A stretch of DNA of 64,000 nucleotides from Octopus sinensis (taxonomy: Eukaryota), in contig NC_042999.1 in assembly GCF_006345805.1 (NCBI RefSeq), positions 2,976,001 through 3,040,000 on the forward strand, written 5' to 3'. The notes beneath the pieces are model-generated. The model was not told where the DNA came from. It saw only the letters and a list, made by a program, of their open reading frames with translations, and ran no database searches. The translations under genes and the position numbers were made by a program. Each line of letters opens with the position of its first letter. The stretch's first letter is position 1. Shown one piece after another: positions 40,125 to 52,706 of this stretch.

Positions 40125-40612
40125 TGTATGTGTGTATGCATATATATATGTGAGTGTATATGTGTATATGGACATATATGTGGCTATGTCTGTATATATG
40201 TGTGTGTAAGTGTGTGTGTGTGCATATGTATATATATATATATGTGTGTGCATGTGTGTCTATGTATATATATGTGTGTATATGTATATTTACGTGTGTA
40301 TTTGTTTATATGCATATGTGTGTGTATATATGTGTGTGTGTATGTATATGTATGTGTGTATATGTATTTGTATATATATGTGTGTGTATGCGTGCGTATG
40401 TATGTGTGTGTATATATGTGTGTGTATATATATATATATGTGTGTGTGTGTCTGTATGTATAGACATATATGTGTGTCTTTGTGTGCATATGTATATGCA
40501 TGTGTTTGTGTATGTATATATCTGTATCTGTATATATGTATGTATATGTGTATGTGTGCATATGTATATACGTCTGTGTATGTATGTATCTATGTATGTA
40601 CATATGTATGTG
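40125..40612. repeat. Degenerate (TG)n/(TA)n tract
   Basis: Directly visible. Confidence 0.9.
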
Positions 40613-41643
40613 ATGGGCTTCTCACAGGTTCCGACTACCAAATTCATTCCTTCACAACAGGGGGTTACAGCAGAATATACTTACCCCAGAAGCCGTACTT
40701 AAGAAGCAAACCTTATAATCACAAAGCCATGCCTTCTCCCATTTAAGACTTTAGAATATAATTTTGAGAGAGATTTAGCTGCTAGCTCTTGCAGATTGGA
40801 TGTCCTGTATAGAGATTCCATCACTATCCTAAATACAAAAGTATTTCATATAAAAATATCTGTGATTTGTGTATTCAAAACACAGAATTAATTTCGAAAT
40901 TTCTGTTATGTGCTCTCCAGATATGAATGAAAATTGTCCATTGTTTCTGCCTGCTCCGGTTTGACGTCACATTCCACTTGACCTATAGATTTTAAAAGTC
41001 ATGCATGAGACTATTGTTGTTTTAAAAGCATCAGCTGTTGTCTTCTGAATGTTGGCAACGCTTATGAGGACAGGACACGGCTGTTGTTGTTGTTGTTATT
41101 GTCGTTGTGGTTTTTCTTATAATAAAATATGGTTTCTACACTGTTTCTGAGTGGTATTTGTTGACGTTGTTTAACCTCGGCTATTCAGCTCTGATCAAGA
41201 AGACTGATCAAATATATTCCAGCTGTGGTCATTCTCTCTTCAGTCTTTTGTGCTGAGAACCAAAGAGTATATCGGTTTCAAATTTTAGCACAAGGCCAGC
41301 AATTTCAGGGGAGCAGACCAATCAATTACATCGACCCCCAGTACTAGAATTGTAGTTATTTTATCAACACAGATGGGATGAAAGGCTAAAATTGACCTTG
41401 ATGTGATTTGAACTCAGAATGTAAAGACAGACAAAATGCTGCTAAGCATTTTGCTCGGTGATCTAACGATTCAGCCAGATCACCAACTTAACCCAAGAGT
41501 TTATTTCAGAAATTCTCATTTTAAAATCCAGCTAATTGTTGGTGTTGCCTTAGCAGAGGTTTGCACTCTTTGATTGCTCTTGTTATTATTTTTATTGCCA
41601 ATATACTTTAATCTGTACACTACCAAAGACATTCTGTTTCTGT

Positions 41644-41697
<54 letters not shown>

Positions 41698-42356
41698 TCA
41701 CTTGCACGTGAGACCATCAGATTTCACCAAGAAAGTTCTCCTTTGTGGCACAAGTCCAGGCAGGTTTATTTGCGGAAGACTTGTCAATGCATACCAGTCT
41801 CCCCTCTCCAACAGAAATACAAAGGGGCTGATACAGCTTGGCACCAGGGATGTCACAACTCATCTCTACAGCTGAGGGAACTGGAGCAACGTGGAATAAA
41901 GTGTCTTGCTCAAGAACACAAAACACAGCCTAGTCCAGGAACCAAACTCACTACCTCACAATTGTAACCCTAATGCTCTAATCACTGAGCCATGCACCTT
42001 CTTGTGTGATTGTGTGTATATGTGTGTGTGTGTGTGTGTTTGTGAGTATGTTTAATAAAATACAATATACCGTATATTTACAATTCACCATCCAGATCCA
42101 GTGCTGTGTGGGTCCCAGCATGTCAAAGTATAGACCCAGCCTTTCCTCTGTGTGTCATAATAGTTGAGGTAGGATTTGCACCCTGAGCTCGTAAAACCCT
42201 CACTGACAATGACTACCTGAACAGAATCATGGATTTGAGGGTTGTTGCCTGAGTTGTGCAAAGGTATCATCAGCCAGCAGTAGAGAACCACCAACAAATT
42301 GTGGCTGCGGCAACGTGTTGTTAAAGCACATGCCTTCATACTTCTACTGCTACCAA

Positions 42357-42511
42357 TACTACTACTACTGCTACTACTACTATTTCTACTACTACTACTA
42401 CTAATTCTACCACTACTACTACTACTACTACTATTTCTACTACTACCACCAATACTACTACTACTACTACTATTTCTACTACTACTACTACTATTTCTAC
42501 TACTACTATTT

Positions 42512-42586
<75 letters not shown>

Positions 42587-42589
42587 TTT

Positions 42590-42634
<45 letters not shown>

Positions 42635-42685
42635 TTTCTACAACTACTACTATTACCACCACCACCACCACTACTACTACTACTA
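42357..42685. repeat. (ACT)n microsatellite
   Basis: Directly visible. Confidence 0.95.
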
Positions 42686-43318
42686 TCCAGCTCAATATGC
42701 CATTTCTGTACCAGGGTTGAGTTACAACATATTATCCAAGCAGAGACAGGATATAGATTGTTATAAACATGATTCATATAATATTAGAATAATCACAAAA
42801 TTAATTGCAGTAAATTTGAATCAGCCGTGATACATCACTTGCAAAAAGAGAAGAGAAGATTATGCAAATAAGAATTTGTTATATAACCACTTGAAATGTG
42901 CGTATTAAATGTATTTGAAACAACAGTATTTGGTTTTGTGATCATTCTAATGCACGTATATATACACATGTATATATGTATATATACACATGTATATATG
43001 TATATATACACATGTATATATGTATATGTGCACAATATACATGTATGTGCACGCATACATATGTGTAAGCTCTAATGTTTAAAATTCAAATTTATGTCTC
43101 AATTTTTGTAACATCATGTAAACGCATATATTTAGAAAATCCTTATGCAGAGGAGCATAAAGTATTTTATAAGGAACAAGCAGAAAAAACAATGTTCAGA
43201 TATCTTTGGGTGGGGGTCATGAATATCATATATTCATACATAAGTATGGCAAATCATTGAATCCCCTTCATGCAGAATGCTTAATATCTACAAAACCCCC
43301 TCTAGAATTATACAAACT

Positions 43319-43363
<45 letters not shown>

Positions 43364-43512
43364 TGATGTACGTATATATTTACATATGTATGTATTGATA
43401 GATATGTAGGTAAGTAGGTGGGTTGGTTTTATATGTGTATTCATGGAGATATTTGCATGTATATGTGTAGGCATATCCATACACATACACAAATGTATGC
43501 ACATACATATCA

Positions 43513-43567
<55 letters not shown>

Positions 43568-43588
43568 CCGTGTGTATACATCCATATA

Positions 43589-43823
43589 CAGGGTGGCCCA
43601 AAAGTAGGTTTACAGTTATCACGTAGGCACTTTAAACTTCTTTTAAAACTTTTTATTACGTTTAAATTTCTATATTAGGAACTGAAAACTGAGCTTGACA
43701 AAATTAACTAAATTAGCATAGAATAATGGTTTCATATTTTTTTATAATTAAGATCTAAACTGTCAATATATGAATGCAAAAGTGAAAGTTGAATAACTGT
43801 AAACCTACTTTTGGGCCACTCTA
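43589..43823. mobile_element. Tc1/mariner MITE
   Basis: ~31-bp TIRs 'cagggtggcccaaaagtaggtttacagttat' and 'ataactgtaaacctacttttgggccactcta', with TA flanks. Confidence 0.9.
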
Positions 43824-44646
43824 TATATACCGGCACAAATATATAACTGCTTGTGCATGAACAATCACACACATTCTGTCAACAAAATTCACTTACAACA
43901 CAGTGGTCGGCTCGGGGCCACAGTAACGAACCCTTGCACATGGTGCTGTGCACTGAGACTGAACCCAAAATGATGTAGCTGCATATTATATACACGTGAA
44001 TGTGTGTCTCTTAGTATCTGTCTTTAACACCAACTCGCCACTTGTCAACCGGTGCTGGTTTGTTTACCTTCCCATAACATAGTGGTTCAGTAAAAGAACA
44101 CGATAGAATAAACACTAGTCTTTAAAAAAGAGTAGGTACTGGAGTCGATTTGTTCAACTAAAACATTCCAAGATCGGTGCCCCAGCATGGGCTGCGGTCC
44201 AACGAATGAAACAAATAAAAGATAACACACGCATACGATGGTGCGCATACTAACTCGTATATTATATTTATTTCTTTATTGCCGACAAGGGGCTAAACAT
44301 AGAGGGGACAAACAAGGACAGACAAAGGGATTAAGCCGATTACATCGACCCCAGCGCATAACTGGTACTTATTTAATCGACCCTGAAAGGCAAAGTCGAC
44401 CTTGGCGGAATTTGAACTCAGATCGCAGTGGCAGACGAAAATATTAATAAGGGTAATAATGAGAGTGAGTTCCCTTGATATAACTCTTGTTTTCTTTTAT
44501 AAACACACGAGAAGTGAGGACTATGTCTACGGTACAAAATTCATATCAAACTCGAAGATTTTACACGAAGTTTGAAACAAGACTTTATTGGTCGTTTGGA
44601 AATCAACTAAAAATTTTAAGAATCGTATCAGAATGATCAAAAAATC

Positions 44647-44941
44647 GGTACTACTTAAAAAGAGTGGTCCCGGTGCGCGCACTCGCGTTGTCGCGCATCC
44701 ACCCTAGCTAGTCGTGACTAGTCGATCCTACAACGACTTCCTAGCAAAGTAAATAAAACACAAAATAAATATTTTTTTTACACAAAGTAAATAATTTTTT
44801 TAAAGCAAAGTAAATAATTTTTCTAAACAAAATAAATAAAATACAAAAACACAAAGTAAGGATCGACTAGTCACGGCTGGGTAGCGCGCATGCGCGACTA
44901 CACGAGTGCGCGCACCGGGACCACTCTTCTTAAATAGTACC
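44647..44941. mobile_element. GC-rich long-TIR MITE, copy 1 (9-bp TSD, Mutator-like)
   Basis: ~80-bp TIRs starting 'ggtacta'; flanks 'caaaaaatc' and 'caaaagatc'. Confidence 0.85.
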
Positions 44942-45730
44942 CAAAAGATCTTTTGAATGAATAAACTAAAGAGAAAATCAACTGTAATGGTACCAAAAAT
45001 TACCAGCTGTACACATTAAAATACTAAGAACTATGCAATCTCTTACATCCTTCTAAGTTAATAGGACCTTATTTCGGCAAAAAGCTTGCAAGTTGGGGGA
45101 AGCAATCTATTCTGTTAGTCCCTAATACTAAATTAGTATTTTGTGTTATCGCTCCGAGAGATACATAATGCAAAGTTGACCGCATCGAGATTTGAAACCA
45201 GCACTTAAAGAATCAGAAGGGAAAACGTTAAATCATTCTGCCCCAAACGATTTTGCCAGCTCGCCCCGGATAATAATAACACTTGCTGTTTATTTGTATC
45301 TATCATATTCGATTGATTATCTTTGTTGCGATAAAGATCCCTAAAATCTGTTTGAAATTTTTTTTTATAAAAGAATATTTTTATTGTAAACAAAAAAAAT
45401 GTTGTTACTACGAAAAACAAACACTGAGATAGCTGATTGTTCTCGAACTAGGTATAATAGAAGTCACTATCGTGGGTTCTTTGATGTCAGTTGATCATTG
45501 CGTGTTGCGGTCGCCGTCCATCAATTGTTTTTGTGTTGTGACAGTGCTCTGGACAGCTTTTGCTTTTCCTACCACCTGCTGACTGCCACCTTCTGTGTCC
45601 GGTCTGGTGCCTGCTGAATATATAGTAGTGGTCTTGCTCAGATAGAGTGTGCCAAAGATGAAACTGCTTTTAGACCCGTTTCTACATGAATAGTCGAATT
45701 TTTTATGACTTTGGTAATATTCTAGTGAGT

Positions 45731-45957
45731 GGAGGCGCAATGGCCCAGTGGTTAATGCAGCGGACTCGCGGTCGGAGGATCGTGGTTTCGATTCCCAGAC
45801 CGGGCGTTGTGTGTGTTTATTGAGCGAAAACACCTAAAGCTCCCCAAGTATCCGGCGATTGACTGGCGTCCCGTCCAGCTGGGGATAATACATACGCCAC
45901 GGAAACCGGGCCCATGAACCTGGCTAGGCCTGAAAAGGGCGCATAAATAAATAAAAA
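45731..45957 (+). mobile_element. tRNA-derived SINE (family E)
   Basis: A box 'tggcccagtggtta', B-box-like 'gtttcgattccc', (TAAA)n tail. A partial reverse copy lies at ~35870-35970. Confidence 0.8.
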
Positions 45958-46099
45958 AATCTCGTGAACCGCGATCGTATTCTAGAAGGTTTTTCTAAAT
46001 TTTTTTTTTTTTTGCTGCATTGGATAGAGTGATCCGGATTCGATAACTGAATATTCTTGCTACCTTTCTACGTCTCACTCATGAAATCATAAGGAGGTG

Positions 46100-48222
46100 T
46101 TCACGTCGTTTGCTGTGTGCTGGTGTTTTTTCTGTCATATTTGAACGTTTTGTGCTGCTTTGCAGCGGTTTGTTTATCTGTGCTGTCCCTCAACATTTGA
46201 AGAGAGAAAGCTAAATCTTTAACGAATAATATGTTCTATTCAGACCTAAACGGGTCAGAATTATTGTCATCCGAGGAGCTTGTGAGAGTAGTAGAAGTAA
46301 TGGACAAGTGCCTAAAGAAGAAATGTTTGGCAGAGGCGACAGGGGTTTCTAAAACAGAGGTAAACCTGAAAAGTTTAAGGTATTTCGAAAAAATGTTAAA
46401 TAGAAAAGGTTGTGACGTGAAATTGTCACCACCTCAAGAAGTTACAATAAACTTAGAAGAAAGGAAAATAGCCTATAAGGTTTATTCAATTAAAGAAAAA
46501 ATATCGAAAATGAACCTACGGAAGTGAAAGAAAAGGCTTTGAGGCCAATCTGGCGAGAAATAACATATCTTGCCAGAAGAAGCCGATATGGCACTGTCGA
46601 TGTGCATTTTAAACATAAGGAAAAGGCGAGGGAATATTCAGCAAACCCATTGAAGACGGAAAGAGTGATCCTCCTACCCACGTATCTTGGAAGAACTTCC
46701 AGGGTCAAGGTGGAGGGAATATCCCTCTGATATAAGGGTGGCTTGGATGGCAGCAGCGGTGGTGCTTCTAGGAAGTGAAAAAGAAGTAACCGTGCTCCAA
46801 GCTGCAGAGACGAAGGCCGCCAATTGGCGAGGAATGGTACTGGACGTAATGGTGCAAAGTACAGTAGAGCTCTTGGAGGTGGAAACAGTGTCGGTAGGAA
46901 AAACGGTGCCCAGAGTTTCGGTAGAGGGCAGAATCCCTCGATGCTTTAAATGTGGCCAAAAGGGCCACATTAGAGCAGACTGCCCTCTAAAAAACAAGGA
47001 AGCCGAGAAAGAGTCGGAGAAGGTAGACAAAGGATAGAAACGAACGAAGAAGAAACATGGAAGGTCGCTGGTAGAAGGAAAGTCAGTGTGAACCCCAATC
47101 CGTACCCATCCCACCTATACCTTTTCAACTCCACCCCCCCCTGCCGACACCAGACCCATCCAAGAAAAACTTCCGCCCATCCCCACCCCTATTTTCTCCC
47201 AAATTTGTTTATTAAATTTTTTTTTTGCCAAAAAACCCTGTTTTCGGATACAAAGGTTCCGGAAAATTGCCAAAAATCGGCATTGTTAAATTCCGCCCCC
47301 ACTCCCAATTCTTCAATTTTGACTTTTTCCCCCAACATATACCCTAAAACTCTAGCCCTAACCTAAAACCCTAAGCGTAGCTACAGAAATGTTTTGAAAT
47401 TTTCGTCCAAATCCCAATGTCGGTATTTTTCTGCATATTTAGAAAAAAAAATAATTCTGCAAAAAACATTTTACCAAATTTTCGGAAAATTTTTCAGAAT
47501 CATAATTTCCGTATTTTTTCGCATATTTTGAAAAAAAAAAATCTGAAAAAAGTAAAAAATGAAGGAAATTGAGGTGAAGGGGGGGGGGGATAATTTTAAA
47601 ATGCCTATTTTTGCCAATTTTTTTGCAGATTTGTATTCCCCATAGCCGAAAGTGGGTGGGGCTGTGTCGAAAAGCAAAAAAAAAAATTTTAAGGCTGGTT
47701 TTGGCGGGAAGGCGGGCGGAAGTCTTAGCTCCACCCATTCCCCACCGACACAAAAAAGAAAAAGAAAGTAACACAAACATACAAAAAATCACAAACCTCC
47801 CCTCCCACTTATTATGCTTGAGTTTTAATCGAAGGATTAAACATGGAATTTGTAGGAAAGATGGAAGGACACGAAATTCGTAAAGATAAAAGAGAAAGAA
47901 AAGGAAAACGGTCATAAGTTGGTGCCGGAATGTCGGTTAAGAGGATTATAAGGAAGGTGTTGAATATAGAAAGGTGTTATGTAACATAAAGGGAGGTGTC
48001 GAACGGTATAAAAAAATGAGGAACTTGAAGAACGATATGGAATTAATTTGAACTGGATTTAAAAGGAAGTAAATGGTGCTGCTGAGATTAGGTAGGTAAC
48101 ACATTTTCATTTATCATTTTCATAGTCATTTATATTTATCATTAAAATTTTTTTAATTGTTATACGTCCCCAGATGTCTTGTATTGTCCCGTCCGTGTGC
48201 GCCCTTTGTGGGTAATAAAAAA
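46100..48222 (+). mobile_element. ORF1-only L1/Tx1-like non-autonomous retroelement with gag-like CCHC knuckle
   Basis: Frameshifted ORFs 46231-47037 end in CFKCGQKGHIRADC, followed by Pro- and Lys-rich sequence and then a 3' tail like 4010-4066. No RT is present. The 5' boundary is uncertain. Confidence 0.65.
47165..47727. mobile_element. Imperfect fold-back MITE nested in the ORF1 element
   Basis: Termini 'aaaaacttccgccc' and 'gggcggaagtctt'; subterminal arms loosely complementary; internal ccctaa-like units at 47342-47374. Confidence 0.65.
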
Positions 48223-48297
48223 TCACACTTTTAGAAGAAATTCTTACTACACTTTCGTCACAGTTACATCACAGTACTGTATTGTATATTAGTTCTA

Positions 48298-49223
48298 CCG
48301 TAAATCCTCGAGTATAGTCCGCCCTTGAGGGGATTTTTAGGGGACTGTACCTCTGAAAAACCTAAACCTTGTGTATAATACGCACCCCTTCTCTACCTTG
48401 AGTCAAGGAGGTCTATATAACGTCCTTGGTTTGTAAAACTGTATACAGTAACGTCCTTTATTATTATTGTACATATAACATAATGCAAACATGTAGCTTT
48501 TTTATGCATTTTGTTTGCAGAAAATAAAGAAATAACAGTAATAACGTTTAATAAATGTTGCTTATTGCAAGTTATGGATGATTCTTTTATGACTTCATTG
48601 CTTTCAGGTTTAGCTTAAGGTATTTTCACGCCTGACATCACAAAATGCATCTGAATAAACATTGGTGGACAGCAAATAGAGACTCGGACATTCCTTAGAA
48701 AATATTTTTCATTTTTAACCTCGTATATAGTACGCACTAGGGATTTTGACCTTTAAATTTTAGGGAAAAAATGCGGATTATAGGCGCAGGAGTGGCTGTG
48801 TGGTAAGTAGCTTGCTAACCAAGCACATGGTTCCGGGTTCAGTCCCACTGCGTGGCATCTTGGGCAAGTGTCTTCTGCTATAAACCCCGGGCCGACCAAT
48901 GCCTTGTGAGTGGACTTGGTAGACGGAAACTGAAAGAAGCCTGTCGTATATATGTATATATATATATTATAAGTGTGTGTGTATATGTTTATGTGTCTGT
49001 GTTTGTCCCCCTTGCATTGCTTGACAACCGATGCTGGTGTGCTTACGTCCCCGTCACTTAGTGGTTCGGCAAAAAGAGACCGATAGAATAAGTACTGGGC
49101 TTACAAAAATAAGTCCCGGGGTCGATTTGCTCGACTAAAGGCGGTGCTCCAGCATGGCCGCAGTCAAATGACTGAAACAAGTAAAAAGAATAAAAAGAAA
49201 GAATTATACTCGAGGATTTACGG
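48298..49223. mobile_element. pogo/Tc2-like MITE with a SINE inserted in its right TIR
   Basis: TIRs 'ccgtaaatcctcgagtatagtccgc' and 'gcggattata[SINE]attatactcgaggatttacgg', with TA flanks. Confidence 0.85.
48783..49202 (+). mobile_element. SINE family A, full-length CpG-intact copy
   Basis: tRNA-like A/B boxes, CORE-like 'cttgggcaagt', internal (TA)/(TG) microsatellite and A-rich tail. Bounded by the duplicated 'attata'. Confidence 0.92.
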
Positions 49224-49682
49224 TATATCTATAGATCTCATTAATTCATTCAAGGTAGTTCAAGGGTATATATATAAAATCTCTGAACGAAAATGACAGA
49301 TATTGTTGTGGGAAAATGAATTCGTCAGCAATTGAAATCTCGCAGGTTTTTATCGTAATTACATATCAAACCTTGAATATTTCAAATATAAAAAAAAAGG
49401 TATTAAAATCCATTGCAATAATATTGTTCATCATCTTCAGCAGTAAATGGCCCTTCCTAATCATTACAGTGAGTAAGATTATTGTGTAGAACCTCTTAAT
49501 TAACCTGCTTGTTAATTATAGTCTGCACACCATCATCTGCCATTCCCTCAACATTATATCGTTCTACAAGATTTTCGTCTTCTTTGCTCTACAGTACTAT
49601 TCAAAATTCCAAATTTCTTCAGTGATGATAATTATACCACATCTATTAATATTATAAATAATTTATTATTATAACAAAAGAC

Positions 49683-49714
<32 letters not shown>

Positions 49715-50407
49715 GGAGGTGCGTTGTGTGTAGATGAATGAATGAGGGGTATAGGGTTCGATTCTCTGAATAGAGACCTGCTGACCGCTTTTTTCCGTCT
49801 TCTAATGGGAATATAACTGATTTTTTAAGCTGTCTTCACAGCCATCCTACGTCCGAGAATTCCTTTATTTCCTACACATTCACATATATATGTGTGTGTG
49901 TGAGTCGTCTAAGAGACTTAGAAGTCAGGGAGATATGATAGATATTTAATGCTATAAATTTCGGATTATATATATGTATATGAGGTAAATTTCCTTATTT
50001 AAAAATGCTATAAAAAAACTTACTTCATCGAAAAAAATATAAAGCAAAACTTAACCACTTCTAACATTCTATTTTTTCTAAACCAAATCGTGTTAAATTA
50101 ATAAAATCTAGTCATTCCCAACAATTTTTATTATTTCCCTTATACCGAAAATAGTACCTGATTACCTTTCCTGTCTGCAACTAATCACAGCGAAGAAATG
50201 ATACAATATCGGTATAGAAATTTGAGGAGAAAATACGAAACCGGTTATTTCTACAAAAATAATGTTACTATACACAAAATTTTATAATATTTTTCTAACA
50301 TGACGACTTAAATATATTCTTTAACCATATAACACAAGTCTTCTGTAGTTTTTCACTCTATTTTGTCTTTTATACATCCTACAACGTGCTTTCACATGCC
50401 AACTCTC

Positions 50408-50449
<42 letters not shown>

Positions 50450-50569
50450 ATATTGTTGTATTTATAATGGTCATTTTGCCAGTTTAGCCAATAAAAACAC
50501 ACGCACTATATATTTGGTGTTAATTTGCTTCAGCTTTATTTATTTTTTACATTAATCTTGATCTTATTT

Positions 50570-50616
50570 CAGCCAGAGTTCTTTCGTCACACTTCTGTGA
50601 CCTCATCAAATGACCG
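50570..50616 (-). ncRNA. Hammerhead ribozyme-like motif, mutated core
   Basis: cggtca-t-TTGATGA-g-gtcac-agaagt-gtgac-GAAA-gaac-TC-tggctg: 6-bp stem I with wobbles, perfect 5-bp stem II, CUC triplet. Lies in a (TA)n-bounded repeat at ~50450-50695. Confidence 0.5.
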
Positions 50617-51973
50617 TTCCTTTGTTGAAACAACATCTGTTTCAACACACGATTTCACATCAAGAATCTAACAAAACAAATATATAAACGTAATATATAT
50701 ATATATATATCTTCTCATGTACTTTGTGAATGAATTTCTTAGCCAAATATTTGTGAACACCTCAGAAACATGTCCTCTCACACAGAGAGCAAAATTCGTA
50801 TGGTTGTAGAAAAGGCCATTCTCTGCCTCCTTGGTTCGAACCTAATCCTTCATAATTTAGAGTTCGCTTCTGCTCCGTGTGTAAAATATTTATACCTCAA
50901 TCCACACTATTCCCATTATTCATATTCATATTTATCTTTATCTCGGCCAACATTATTGTGTGCTGTAGCATCTTCATTTACGATAACATAAATGTTTATC
51001 CTACTGTCATTAAATAAACATAGATTGCTTCATTTTATTTTTCACCACGATGAAGGATAATAAAAGTACATGGCAGCTAAGATAGGAATTCTCTTGAAGG
51101 AATAGCATTAACGTAGTTTGTTCAGAGGTTGAAAATACCAGTATCATTGAAATATTCTCTGGAAATTCTGCACTGAAGCATTAATGGGATAAACAGCAGC
51201 CGCTTTGAAGTAACCATGACAGCTATGAAATGGAAATTCAAAGCGTAAATTCCTTGCTAAAACAAACAAACTTGTATGGGTGTATTTGGATTCCTTATCT
51301 ATAAATTATTTATACTTGTCCATGATCGACTTCACCTCTGTCAAAGTTTTAGTATCAACTGCTGTCATTGTAAAAACAAAATTGATCTGAATATATTTTG
51401 TTGCAGTTTTCTACATCCATTTAAACACCATTTGGGTAAAGCTTGGATTATTATTTTCCTGCTGTATATATTTACGTATGGCTAGTAAACTAGAATGTTC
51501 TATTTTACATCAACAATACTTGTCACCTTGTTTACCTAAGTCAATGAAACTGCATGTCAATATCATGGCTTTAAGAAATAATTTTTTTCTTCTGTGAGAA
51601 CAACTTCTCTTTCACTTAGTGTTTCATTTTGTTTTTCCTTCCATTATCTTTCTATGCTGCAATCACTTGGATAGGTATATTGCATATTGTTTTTGGCATA
51701 TTGTCTATAAATAGGTAATTCTATCTTTCTTCTGTGTACCATCTCTTATATGATGTTTTCATGACAAACGTTTGAGAGGTGGTTGTGTATTAAGAAGTTG
51801 GAAAGAAATTGTAGATGGAGAAATTTTAACCAAAACGATCTTTAGCTGTTTCTCTGGATAATGTAAAACAAGAAATGTGAAGATGTGAAATGAATACATA
51901 TGTCGATATAGTTAGAGAATATTTCTAATAAACAAGTTTTATAGAACAAAAATGTCTTGAAGTTTCATATCCT

Positions 51974-52220
51974 GGTACTACTTGAGAACAGTGGTCCCGG
52001 TGTGCGCACTCGCGTTGTCGCGCATCCGCGCTAGCTAGTCGTGACTCGTCGATCCTACAACGACGACCTAGCAAAGTAAATAAAACACAAAATAATTTTT
52101 GTCAAACAAAGTAAATAAAACGCAAAAACACAAAGTAAGGATCGACTAGTCACGACTAGCTAAGGCGGATGCGCGAGTATGTGAGTGCGTGCACCGGGAC
52201 CACTGTTCTCAAGTAGTACC
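51974..52220. mobile_element. GC-rich long-TIR MITE, copy 2
   Basis: Same family as 44647-44941; flanked by a 26-bp direct duplication. Confidence 0.9.
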
Positions 52221-52471
52221 AAAAAGGTCTTGGCGTTTCATATCCTGATTGCTCCAGACAATCAAATGATGTCGTTTTAACAGATATTTCAATTCAGAAA
52301 GTTTGCTGCCGTCTATAAGCAGATGCAGCTACGCATGCGTGAATCAGTGCAAGACACCACTTCATTTGTTAAACCACATTTATGAACGAGTTGGTTCTCT
52401 TTTTGAAAGAAAATATGGATTTCAAATTTTGGTACGAGGTCAGCAATTTCGTGGGAGCAGACTAATCAATT

Positions 52472-52706
52472 ATAATAATAATAATGAAATTATTGTATAC
52501 AGTGTTCAGGTGCACCACAACTTGTCAGAAGTGCGTATAAAGCACATGCAGTGATGTACAAATGTCTGGAAAGCGAACAGTGTGTGAGTCAGATACATGC
52601 TTGTGTGTGTATGGAGGGGAGAAAATCAGGTGTAGTGTTGGCGAATCTCAGGAAGCATGGAAGTTTTGAAAGATGCAGTGCTCCGACAACTAACAACTGA
52701 TCCCAG
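52472..52706 (-). mobile_element. CR1-like LINE 3' end nested in a family D SINE
   Basis: 'SVVSCRSTASFKTSMLPEIRQHYT*', then a UTR and (TTA)n tail. Confidence 0.6.

Noticed and set aside
45731-45805. tRNA-like sequence
   Set aside because: It is a SINE head: no acceptor stem closure, and it continues into a SINE body and tail.
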